64,000 nt of DNA. It comes from an uncultured Mycoplasmatota bacterium. GTDB lineage: Bacteria; Bacillota_I; Bacilli_A; RF39; UBA660. The stretch covers positions 7,545 to 71,544 of the forward strand of contig UQOS01000002.1 in the NCBI GenBank assembly GCA_900542735.1, given 5' to 3'. Position numbers and translations under genes: made by a program. The notes beneath the pieces are model-generated. The model saw nothing but the letters and a program-made list of their open reading frames with translations, had not been told where the DNA came from and made no database searches. The stretch's first letter is position 1; every line of letters begins with the position of its first letter. Positions 8,287 to 18,100 of the stretch are shown here, piece by piece.

Positions 8287-11200
8287 CTAATGCAATGAAA
8301 TTCTTCCTAAATAATGATTTAAAATCATTACTGAATCAAATAAGTCAATATCAGTATCATCATTGACATAAGCTGCTTCTTGATAAGCTCCTGTTAATAA
8401 TGTTTTCGATAAATAGTGATTTAAAATTTTAACAGCATCGAATAAATCAATTTCACCATCACCTGAAGTATCTCCTTTGATGACTACATATTTACGATCT
8501 TTTTCTACCCCATCAATTACTAGTTTAACAATCATACCAGTAGCTAGTTTTTCATCATCATTTATTTTTCTTGTTTCAGTTGCATCCCAAATTTCTAAAT
8601 ACTCATTTTCATTATCTAATTGATTTTTCATTTCTTGTCCAGTAGTATTTAATTTTACAGTTCTAATATAATTATTCATAATCGTATGTCCAAATTGAAT
8701 AGAAGTAATAGTGCTAGCAGGATCAGCTTCTTTATTTACATTAATTTTATAAGTTAATACTGTACCATTTTCACTAGTTACTAAAATAATTACTTCTGTA
8801 TTTCCACTCATTAATGGTGATAGTGTTAAAGTATGTGGTGAAGTATAAGTAGTTCCATTCATTTTCATAATAGCTGTGTTATCTTCTGTAATTGCCGTAA
8901 TATCAATTGATGATACGGTTCTATCTACATTAACGGTATATAGGAATGTATTTTTATTAAATGTAAGGTTACCTTCACTTACTAAAATATTACTTAAGTA
9001 AGCATTAGTTGATGCTTCTTTTTCATAAGTAATTTTATAGTTTTTAATTGTAGTTCCATCTTCTGCTGTTACTTGAACAGTAATGGCAGATTTTCCTTCT
9101 ATCTTAGGAATATTTACAGTATTACTTGACTGTTTTACCCCATTTACTAAATAACTTATTTTAGAAGTTCCCATGTTAGGAGTTGCATGAATAGTAAGTG
9201 TTTCTAAACTAAATGGTATTTTTCCAATAGAATATTCTAAAGAGTCCATACTAAACTTTTTATCAAGTTCATAACCTTCTACATTTAAACTACTTAAGTT
9301 AGCATCTGTTGATGCTTTTCTTTCTAGTCTTTTAATAATAACGATATAAGTTCTAGTAGAATTATCTTGGGCTTTTACGATAATACTTACTGGATTATTT
9401 CCTACTACTAAGTTATCTATCGTAACTGTTTTTGGAGTAAATGATACATTACCATTTATATCAACGGTTGCATTACTATCTTCTGTTTCCATAGAAAGAT
9501 CAATACTAGTTACTTCATTTTCTACTGTTAAATTATAATTTTCTTTGGTTTTAATAAAATCAATTGAACCAATTGATGGTGCTAAGCTAATTAAATAATT
9601 ATTACTTGATGGAATTATATTATAAGAAATATTATATGTTTTATTAGTGATACCATCAGCAGCTGTTACTACTACTGTAATTACTTTATTACCCATTACA
9701 TTTGGTATACTAACAATATTACTATCTTGTTTAATACCGTCTACATAGTATTCTATTGTAGATAAATTATTATTAGGAGTTGCATTTATTTTTAATTGAG
9801 TAGTTCCATATGGTAAATCTCCTAATGAATAATCTAGTGTTGTTTGAACAAAAGCTTTATCAAGAGGGTATCCTGTTACTGATAAATTACTTAATGTTGC
9901 ATCTTTACTTAAGGCTTCAACTACTGTAAAGTGATAATTTAAAATCGTACCGTCTTCTGCTGTTAAAGTTAGAGTTACTTTATTATCAGATAAATGATAG
10001 TTACCATTTCCAGATACAGTAGTTTTATTAATGGTTGGAACTCCTTCAATAGAAAAATCATTGCTTCCATAAGGAACTGTTATTGTATATTCATATTTAT
10101 TTGATACAAAAATTGGTGATAATGTTGCTCCTGTTAGTTTAACTTCTTTTAAAGAAGCATCACTTGATTTTGGTCTAATTACTTTAATCGTATAAGTTTT
10201 TGTTGTTTTACCATCTTCAGCAGTTACAGTTACAGTATAATAATTATCTTGTGTTGTTGATAAAGTAATTTCTTCTTGTTTTGCTATAGTGGCATTACTA
10301 TCTTCTAAGATAGCTGTTACTTCAGTTGGAGATAATTTTTCTTTAGTAGCTTCTACTGTTACTTCATAATCATATATTTCACTATTAAAAGTTGGAACTA
10401 AAGCATAACCAGTTACTGCTAAAATACTTAAGTTAGCATTATTATTTTTATTTCTAGTAATATTTATTTTATAAGTTTTAATAGTACCATTTTGAGCTGT
10501 TACAGCTATTTCAAATGTATTTAATCCAGTAGTTAATCCTTTAGTACCAAGACCACTAATCGTTGCATCAGAATCTACTGTAGTAGCACCTATTTCAATA
10601 CTTGTTTTTGTATATACTACATTATCTAAAGTATATTCTAAAGTATCTTTATTAAAATCTTTTACAGGATTACCATCTACTGTTAATGTTAATAAGTCAT
10701 TATTTTCTTTTTTAGCCCTTACTACATTAATTACATAGTTTTGTCTAGCACCTGATTCACTTTCTACAGTAATCGTAATCGTATTATTACCAACATTTAA
10801 ATCATGATTTCCAGTACCTGATAAAATCTTAGCACGACTATCAGATAAGGTAGCTTCGATATCAATAGAATCAATACTTCCACCTACATTTACGGTATAA
10901 GCAGTAGTATTTTGATTAAATTCAGGTGATAAATTTCCTTCACTTACAGTAATAGAAGATAATGTATTATCACTAGATTTCGTTCTAGATATATTTAATT
11001 TATAAGTTTTAGTTACTGTTAAATCTTCACTTACTACCACTACTTCTATTTCTTTTGTACTTTCTGTCATAGTATAATGACCAATTCCAGATGTGATACT
11101 AGCATGAGGCTCAGTAGTAATTGCACTTACATCAAATTCAGTTGTTTCAACAGGAACAGTTACATTATATTCTAAAGTATCTTTATTAAAACTTGGATTA

Positions 11201-14200
11201 AATGAACCATTTGTTACTGTTAATTTATCTAAAGTAGCGATATTTGATTTTTCCTTAGTAACAGCTAAGATATAATTTTTAATTGTGCCATCTTCTGCAG
11301 TTACTGTAATAATTACTTCATTTATAGTTGTTGTAACTAAAGGAGTATTTGTAAATGATACCGTAGCTTTTTTATCAAGATTAGTAATTGGATCATTTAC
11401 TTCTACACTTAAATTACTACTATTTGCTTCAGTTATATTATTAGGAACAGTTACTTCATACTTCTTAGATGAAGTGTTATAAGTAGCTTTTTTACCTGCT
11501 AAAGTTATATTTTTAATACTTGTATCATTATTAAGATTACGTTTTACATTAATAATATAATCATGTGTAATACTAGTATCATGTGCAATAACTGTTATAG
11601 TTATCTTATTATTACCAGTATTAATTCTAACTAAACCATCACCTGTTTTGGTAGCTAAGTTATCATTAGGAGTAGCTACTATATTTAACTGATGAGTATT
11701 ATATGGTAAGTCTGTTAAAGTGTAATTATCTTTTGTACTAGTAAAATCTGATATCGTTACCCCATTAATCGTTAAATCTTTTAAAGTAATGTCTTGTCTA
11801 TGACTTCTAGTAATATAAATGGTATAAGTTTTTCTAGTATCATCTTCTGATTTAACTGTTACTTCAATTTTATTTCTAGTATCAAATTCTAATGGGAATG
11901 GATTAGATAAATCAGTGGTAATTTCTGCTTTATCAGTATCTTCTACTGTAGCACTTACTACTACTTCACTAGTTGTTCCTGGAACAGTTAATTCATAAGT
12001 TTGAGTTAATGGATTAAAGTTTTTAACAGTAGTTCCATTTACTGTTAAATCAGCTAAGTTATTATTAGAAGATTTTTGTCTAATAACATTTACAGTATAA
12101 GCAGTAATTGTTCCATCTTCTGCTGTTACTGTTAAGATAATTGTTTTAGTTGATTCACTAGCAGGCATTTGATAAGTTGTACCATTTACTGGTGAAACAC
12201 TAGCAGTATCACTAATTTCAGCACTTAATTGAAATTGTAAAGTGTTAACTGGAACTTCAATACGACAGTTATTACTACTATCTACTAAACAGTACCTAGA
12301 ATCGTCATCACCTATCGTTAGATTAATTCTAGATACTCTAGAATCATTAGCCTTAGTTCTAGTTACTTTAATAGAATATTCTTGTTCGGTACCATCTTCA
12401 GCTGTTACTGTAAAACGATAATCATTTACCATAGTAGTAACTAGTTGAAGTGTTTGATTTTTAGTTATTTTAGCATCAGATGAAGTTGTAAATAAAACAT
12501 CATTAGGTGTTAAAACAGTTACACTATTTGGTACAGTTACTTCATAAATTCCAACATCAGTATTTACTGCTTCAATACCAGCAACAGTTAAATTTGAAAT
12601 TGAAACATCACTATTACGAGCACGTTTAATATTTAATTTATATACTTTTTCTGTACCATTTTGAGCTGTTACTGTAATTAATATTTCATTGTTTCCAGTT
12701 TTTAAAGTAACATTACCATCACCTTTTACAGTAGCATAAGAATTAGTTTTAGAAGTTTCAATATTAATATCTTTTTTATTAAATTCAACACTATCTAATG
12801 TATATTCAAAAGTATCTTTATTGAAGTTTTTAACACTGATGCTATCTACTTTAATATCATCTAAAGTAGCTATATCATATTCTTTTCTAGTAACATTAAT
12901 GATATAAGAAGAAGTTGTTTTATTTTCAGCTTCTACTATTACTTCTACTTGATTAGCACCAAACTTTAAGTTTGTATTTCCGGTAATAGATTTAATATTT
13001 CCATATAAAGAATTTGGAACAGCATCTACATTAATTTCAGTTATATCAGCATCAACAGTAGCAGTATATGTTCTAGTACTTTGACTAAATAATGGTGATA
13101 AAGTTCCGTGATCAATTGTTAAAGATTTTAAACTACTATCAGCTGATTTTGATCTAATTAGATTAATCGTATAAGTATTTATAGTACCATCTTCAGCAGT
13201 TACAACAACTGATACATCAGTAGTTGAGATTGGAAAAGTCTCAGTTTTGGTATTTGGACTAGCTGTTGTGGTACCAGTAGCATTATCATAAATAGCTACA
13301 CTTGCTTTACCAGTATCTTTTACTGTAGCAGTAATAGTAACATCAGTTACAGTAGCATCATAATTATAAGAATAAGTTCCATTAAAGCTTTCTTGAAATG
13401 TTGGTGACATAGTTGCTTGAGGAGTAGATGTAATTGTTAAATTAGATAATTTGTTTTCATTAGATAGACGATAAACTTTTAGTTTATAATTTCTAGTTGT
13501 GTTATCTTGTGCAGTTACTTTTATCGTAAACTCATTAGCACCTACCTTTAAATTAACCGTTCCAAGTCCACTAATAGTAGCTTTTCCTGTATCATCTACT
13601 AAACCATTTAGAAGTAATGAGGTTTTATTATTTGCTACTTGTCCTAAATCATATTCTTGAACAGTTTTATTAAAATTATTTACTAAATTACCATCAACTG
13701 TTAATGTTTTTAAGTAGCTATTATTACTTGCTGCTTCACGATTTATTGTTAAATTATAATTTTGAGTAGTACAGGTATTACCTGGAACACTAGCATATTT
13801 ACTAAGACAGTTTTCGGCTTTTACTACTAAAGTTTTATTATTTGATAAATTTCCAGAATTAGGTAGATTCCAATTTCCTAATCCACTATCAACATAAGCA
13901 TTTTTATGATTCGTAGTAGCACTTACTGATGTTGAATTAATAGCATAAGGAATTGTCGTTTGATAAGTATAAGTTCCACTAATCATATTTCCAAAACTAA
14001 TACTGTTCGTTAAATTAATTGCTGATAATGTTGCATCATTTGATAATCTATAAACATTAATGGTATAAGTTTCTGTATTACCATAGGCAGCTGTTACTGT
14101 TAGATTAAAGGTATTACTTCCTACATTTAAGTTCTTTTTACCAATACCACCTGATAAGACAGATGCTTGACTATGATTAGCTGTTGCTGATAAATTAATA

Positions 14201-15006
14201 AAACTAATATTATTAGGAACAATATAATCATAAGTTTTTTGACTACTGCCTGCTACAAATGAAGGAATAGACTGATAAGTAGTGCTGCTATTAGTTACAG
14301 TTAAAGTTCCAAGTGTTGCATCATGTGATATTTCCTCACCTGGTACCACAAAAGAAATGTCATCCGTTTCATAATTAAGTTTCTTTCCATTTCCATCACT
14401 AATTGTGGTTCTACCATTGGTAGTATCAAATTTTAATTCTGCTGTTCCACTAGGTGCTGAATCATTTATTTTCATAAAAAAGTAACCAATTTCAGTATCA
14501 CCATTCAAAGAATAATGGTATTGTGAACCTTCCTTTGCATATACAATGATTTGACTAGTACTCGTATCTAAATTTACATAATTTGACCAACTTGCTGGTT
14601 TCCTACTAGTTCCTTTAGGAAGGTCATTTATATTATTGTAAGCTGCAAAAGAATCATCACTATAATAAACTGGACTCCAAATTGATGAATCATATGTAAT
14701 AGCTGAGTTAATTCCAATAACTTCTGATACATCACCCATTTTATAGCTAGCTACAATTATCACAACAGTACCCGGTTGAATTTCATCATTATTATTTTTA
14801 ATATAGGAATCAAGTGTTCCACTTTTATAATCTTCATAACAATTATCTAAATTGACATCATTATCTGAATCATTATATACAGTTGGATCACATACTACAG
14901 CCTTTAAATTTAACCCATGAGATAATGCATAAGCATTGGTATCAAATGTTAATACAAACATTAAAATAAACCCAAAAATTATTTTTTTCATAACTCTACT
15001 ATTCAT
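8287..15006 (-). CDS. giant secreted cadherin-like repeat protein (2239 aa) with a cohesin-like N-terminal module and a C-terminal dockerin
   Basis: Start moved to the ATG at 15006 (MNSRVMKKIIFGF), 5 nt after AGGAAG. Signal peptide, about 20 modules of 85-95 aa ending Y.I.V.R (counted by eye), then an X-like segment and a dockerin. Only a 10-nt gap to the next gene. Confidence 0.9.
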   Translation of the reverse strand: MNSRVMKKIIFGFILMFVLTFDTNAYALSHGLNLKAVVCDPTVYNDSDNDVNLDNCYEDYKSGTLDSYIKNNNDEIQPGTVVIIVASYKMGDVSEVIGINSAITYDSSIWSPVYYSDDSFAAYNNINDLPKGTSRKPASWSNYVNLDTSTSQIIVYAKEGSQYHYSLNGDTEIGYFFMKINDSAPSGTAELKFDTTNGRTTISDGNGKKLNYETDDISFVVPGEEISHDATLGTLTVTNSSTTYQSIPSFVAGSSQKTYDYIVPNNISFINLSATANHSQASVLSGGIGKKNLNVGSNTFNLTVTAAYGNTETYTINVYRLSNDATLSAINLTNSISFGNMISGTYTYQTTIPYAINSTSVSATTNHKNAYVDSGLGNWNLPNSGNLSNNKTLVVKAENCLSKYASVPGNTCTTQNYNLTINREAASNNSYLKTLTVDGNLVNNFNKTVQEYDLGQVANNKTSLLLNGLVDDTGKATISGLGTVNLKVGANEFTIKVTAQDNTTRNYKLKVYRLSNENKLSNLTITSTPQATMSPTFQESFNGTYSYNYDATVTDVTITATVKDTGKASVAIYDNATGTTTASPNTKTETFPISTTDVSVVVTAEDGTINTYTINLIRSKSADSSLKSLTIDHGTLSPLFSQSTRTYTATVDADITEINVDAVPNSLYGNIKSITGNTNLKFGANQVEVIVEAENKTTSSYIINVTRKEYDIATLDDIKVDSISVKNFNKDTFEYTLDSVEFNKKDINIETSKTNSYATVKGDGNVTLKTGNNEILITVTAQNGTEKVYKLNIKRARNSDVSISNLTVAGIEAVNTDVGIYEVTVPNSVTVLTPNDVLFTTSSDAKITKNQTLQLVTTMVNDYRFTVTAEDGTEQEYSIKVTRTKANDSRVSRINLTIGDDDSRYCLVDSSNNCRIEVPVNTLQFQLSAEISDTASVSPVNGTTYQMPASESTKTIILTVTAEDGTITAYTVNVIRQKSSNNNLADLTVNGTTVKNFNPLTQTYELTVPGTTSEVVVSATVEDTDKAEITTDLSNPFPLEFDTRNKIEVTVKSEDDTRKTYTIYITRSHRQDITLKDLTINGVTISDFTSTKDNYTLTDLPYNTHQLNIVATPNDNLATKTGDGLVRINTGNNKITITVIAHDTSITHDYIINVKRNLNNDTSIKNITLAGKKATYNTSSKKYEVTVPNNITEANSSNLSVEVNDPITNLDKKATVSFTNTPLVTTTINEVIITVTAEDGTIKNYILAVTKEKSNIATLDKLTVTNGSFNPSFNKDTLEYNVTVPVETTEFDVSAITTEPHASITSGIGHYTMTESTKEIEVVVVSEDLTVTKTYKLNISRTKSSDNTLSSITVSEGNLSPEFNQNTTAYTVNVGGSIDSIDIEATLSDSRAKILSGTGNHDLNVGNNTITITVESESGARQNYVINVVRAKKENNDLLTLTVDGNPVKDFNKDTLEYTLDNVVYTKTSIEIGATTVDSDATISGLGTKGLTTGLNTFEIAVTAQNGTIKTYKINITRNKNNNANLSILAVTGYALVPTFNSEIYDYEVTVEATKEKLSPTEVTAILEDSNATIAKQEEITLSTTQDNYYTVTVTAEDGKTTKTYTIKVIRPKSSDASLKEVKLTGATLSPIFVSNKYEYTITVPYGSNDFSIEGVPTINKTTVSGNGNYHLSDNKVTLTLTAEDGTILNYHFTVVEALSKDATLSNLSVTGYPLDKAFVQTTLDYSLGDLPYGTTQLKINATPNNNLSTIEYYVDGIKQDSNIVSIPNVMGNKVITVVVTAADGITNKTYNISYNIIPSSNNYLISLAPSIGSIDFIKTKENYNLTVENEVTSIDLSMETEDSNATVDINGNVSFTPKTVTIDNLVVGNNPVSIIVKAQDNSTRTYIVIIKRLERKASTDANLSSLNVEGYELDKKFSMDSLEYSIGKIPFSLETLTIHATPNMGTSKISYLVNGVKQSSNTVNIPKIEGKSAITVQVTAEDGTTIKNYKITYEKEASTNAYLSNILVSEGNLTFNKNTFLYTVNVDRTVSSIDITAITEDNTAIMKMNGTTYTSPHTLTLSPLMSGNTEVIILVTSENGTVLTYKINVNKEADPASTITSIQFGHTIMNNYIRTVKLNTTGQEMKNQLDNENEYLEIWDATETRKINDDEKLATGMIVKLVIDGVEKDRKYVVIKGDTSGDGEIDLFDAVKILNHYLSKTLLTGAYQEAAYVNDDTDIDLFDSVMILNHYLGRISLH
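8290..8480 (-). other. dockerin (two F-hand segments) of the 2239-aa protein
   Basis: GDTSGDGEIDLFDAVKILNHYL ... NDDTDIDLFDSVMILNHYL. The D.S.D.E....D calcium-loop spacing appears in segment 1; segment 2 is degenerate. Confidence 0.65.
14338..14916 (-). other. cohesin-like N-terminal module of the 2239-aa protein (tentative)
   Basis: About 190 aa after the signal peptide: PGTVVIIVASYKMGDVSEVIGINSAITYDSSIW ... TEIGYFFMKINDSAPSGTAELKF. This parallels the cohesin strand pattern but is longer than a canonical cohesin. Confidence 0.35.
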
Positions 15007-15035
15007 GTAACTTCCTACTTTCTTATTCTTATATA

Positions 15036-15044
15036 AGTATACCA
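15036..15044 (-). promoter_or_regulatory. possible extended -10 promoter (TGgTATACT) ahead of the 2239-aa gene
   Basis: Minus strand reads TTGGTATACT about 30 nt upstream of the ATG at 15006. No clear -35 element. Confidence 0.3.
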
Positions 15045-15091
15045 ATTTTTTCGATATATTTCTACAAAAATTAATAAATGTTTTTATTTTC

Positions 15092-15137
15092 TAAAGATAT
15101 AAAGTGCAAACACTAAATTTTGCACCTTATATCTTTA
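15092..15137 (-). other. 19-bp RNA hairpin between the two giant genes
   Basis: Arms 15092-15110 and 15119-15137 with an 8-nt loop. Fully paired in the minus-strand transcript (one G:U), but A:C mismatched on the plus strand. A second small hairpin GCGAA-TTT-TTCGC sits at 15139-15151. No T-run follows. Confidence 0.6.
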
Positions 15138-15162
15138 GGCGAAAAATTCGCTTAAAGATTTT

Positions 15163-18100
15163 TTATTTATCTTCTAGTTGTTCATATAAGTCAGTATTTA
15201 AAGAAGAATTTAATCTTAAAATATAGTTTTGCATTTTTGTTACATCAGCTACTGTAACATAATTATCAACATCAATATCAGCAGCAACAAACTCAATTTT
15301 ATCTAATTTGCTTAATCTCAATATTGAATTTTCTGCTAATGTTACATCTGCTACTGTAATATAACCATCACCATCAATATCACCTTTCACTACTAAATTA
15401 AGTTGATCATAGGTAATATTATTAATTACTAGTTTTACTATATATTTAGTCTTTACATTCTCTTCATTTTCTACCACATTTGTTTCTGTACTTTCATACA
15501 CTTTCAAGTTTTCTCTTTCATTTTTTAAATTACTTAAGAAATCATCTACTATTGTATTTGGTTCCATTCCTGTTATGTAATTATTATCTTCATCATCACG
15601 ATTAATATAATAAGTATCACTTTGTATTACTGGATTAATTACATGAACGGTAACTGTTTTCGTTAATGATTTATTTCTAGTAGAAGTTATAGTAATCGTT
15701 GTATCTCCTACTGTTAATGGTGTAATTAAACCTGTATCTGATACAGTAAGAATAGATTTATTATTTACTGTATAAGTCATACCGTTATAATCAGTATTTT
15801 CAGGATTATATTTTATGTCAATTTGATAATCATTGCCAACTGGTACATTAATTTCTAAATCTGTATCAAAAGAAATAATATCTGTTTTCTTATATACTTC
15901 AATATTTACTGATTCTTGTGTAATACCATCTTCAGCAATAGAAGTAATTGTAATGATATTTTTACCAGCAAATAAAGTTGTTACACCATTACCAACTACT
16001 AATGTATCTTTTGAATTAGTAGTAACATCAAAGGAAATATTATTAACATCACCTTCTACTTCTATAGTGTAAGATTTAGTATCTGATGTAAAACTAGGAT
16101 TAAGACTACCAACACTTGGTTTAATATTAGTAATTAAAGCATCGTGACTAGCTTCTCTTACAATAGTAACTTCATAAGTATTTACTAAACCACTTTGAGA
16201 AGTAACAGTAATATATTTAGTTACTGTTCCAACGGTTAATGGATAAGTTTCTAATCCGTTAACGGTAGCATTTTCTGATACAGTTCCTGATAATGTTACA
16301 TATTTAGTACCAACTGGTACATTTAAAGTATAACTATTTACATCTTTATCAAACTTAGGAGTAATATTACCTGTACTACTTTCTAGAGTTAATAATTTAT
16401 TTTCATCACTATTTTCTCTAGTAACAACAAGTTTATATACTCTTTCTGCTTTGGAAATACTAACTACTTTAATATAAATTGTGTTCTCTCCTGGCGTTAA
16501 ATTAATAGTTGTAACTCCTGCTGTTTCTTTATAATCTGTATCTTTTTTAATATAAACGGTACTTGTTGATAACTCTGGTGTTGCTTTTAATTCAATGGAA
16601 GCTATATTATTTGCTACTGTTAAAGTATAATTTTGAATTGTTTTATCAAACTCTGGTGTAATATCATGATTCATTACAGATAAAACATTTAAATAAGTAT
16701 TACTTGCTTCTTGTCTAATAGCATCAATTGTATAAGTAGTATCTTCTCCATTATAAGATACTTTGACAGTAATGATATTATGACCAACTTCTAAGTTATC
16801 ATTTCCATAAATATCTACTACAGCATCAGGATTATGAACTTTATAAGTAACAGTAGCACTTTCATATTCATTTGGAATATTTACAATATAGTTAAGAGTA
16901 TTTGGATTAAAATCTGGTGTTAAAGCACCCTCTAATACACTTAAATCTTCTAGTAGTGTTTGTTCTAATTCATTTTCTTTTCTAGTTACTGTTATTGTAT
17001 AAGTTTTAATTGTTCCATCTTCTGCTGTTACCATAATCTGAATTTTATTTTTTCCTTCTACAAGATTATAATTACCATTTCCAGATACAGTAGCTTTATC
17101 TGATTCACTTTTACCAGTTACATTAATAGAATCAATATAATTTTCAAGTTCTACTGTATATTCTAAAGTATCTTTATCAAAGTTAGGTACTAATTCACCA
17201 TTATTAATCGTTAAACTTTCTAGATTATTATCAGATTCTTTTTTCTTAGTTACTACTACAGTATATACTTTTGTAGTTCCATCTTGGGCTACTACAGTAA
17301 GTTTTACTGTTAAATCTTCACCAGTTAACTGATAAATACCATTTCCAGTTATTTTAGCAGTAGTATCTTCTCTAATACCAATTATTTGAATAGTATTTAT
17401 ATTACTTTCTACATGATAAATATAATTATATTTTTCTTTATCAAAAGTAAAATCCTTTTCTGGGAAAGTAACGATATCACTTAAGTAAGCATTACTTGAT
17501 GCTTTTTTAGTAACAATAATAGTATATTCTAAACTTGTTTTACCATCTTGAGCAAGAGTCGTAATAGTAATGGTATTTTCACCTATTTTTAAGTTTTTAT
17601 TACCACTTATTGTATAAGTTGCTTTTTCATCCATCATAGTTACTGTTTCTGTTAACTTAGTTACAGTATTCTCAACTTCCATTGTATAAGCATTTTTATT
17701 TTTATCAAATACAGGAGCTAATGTACCATAATCAAATGATAAATTTTTAATACGAGCTTCATTTGGTCCAGCACGATAAATATCTAATTGATAGTTTCTA
17801 ACACTACCCTCATAGTTGGTAACTCTGATAACAAAAGAGTTTTTACCAGCATCTACATTTAACATAATCTTAGGATCATCTACTTTCATATCTACTTTTG
17901 TTTTCGTAGTAGAACCTAATTTATATACTTCAACAGTTGAATACATTTTTTCTTCTGCTTGTAAGTGTAGATTAACCCTTTTTGTATCTTTTAAAACTTC
18001 AGCTGTATAATTCATAATACCAATATTAAAGACTGGTTCTAATGTAGCTTCATCAATATACATATTAATTAAGCGATTACTTGCTGTAGGTTTTGGAAGT

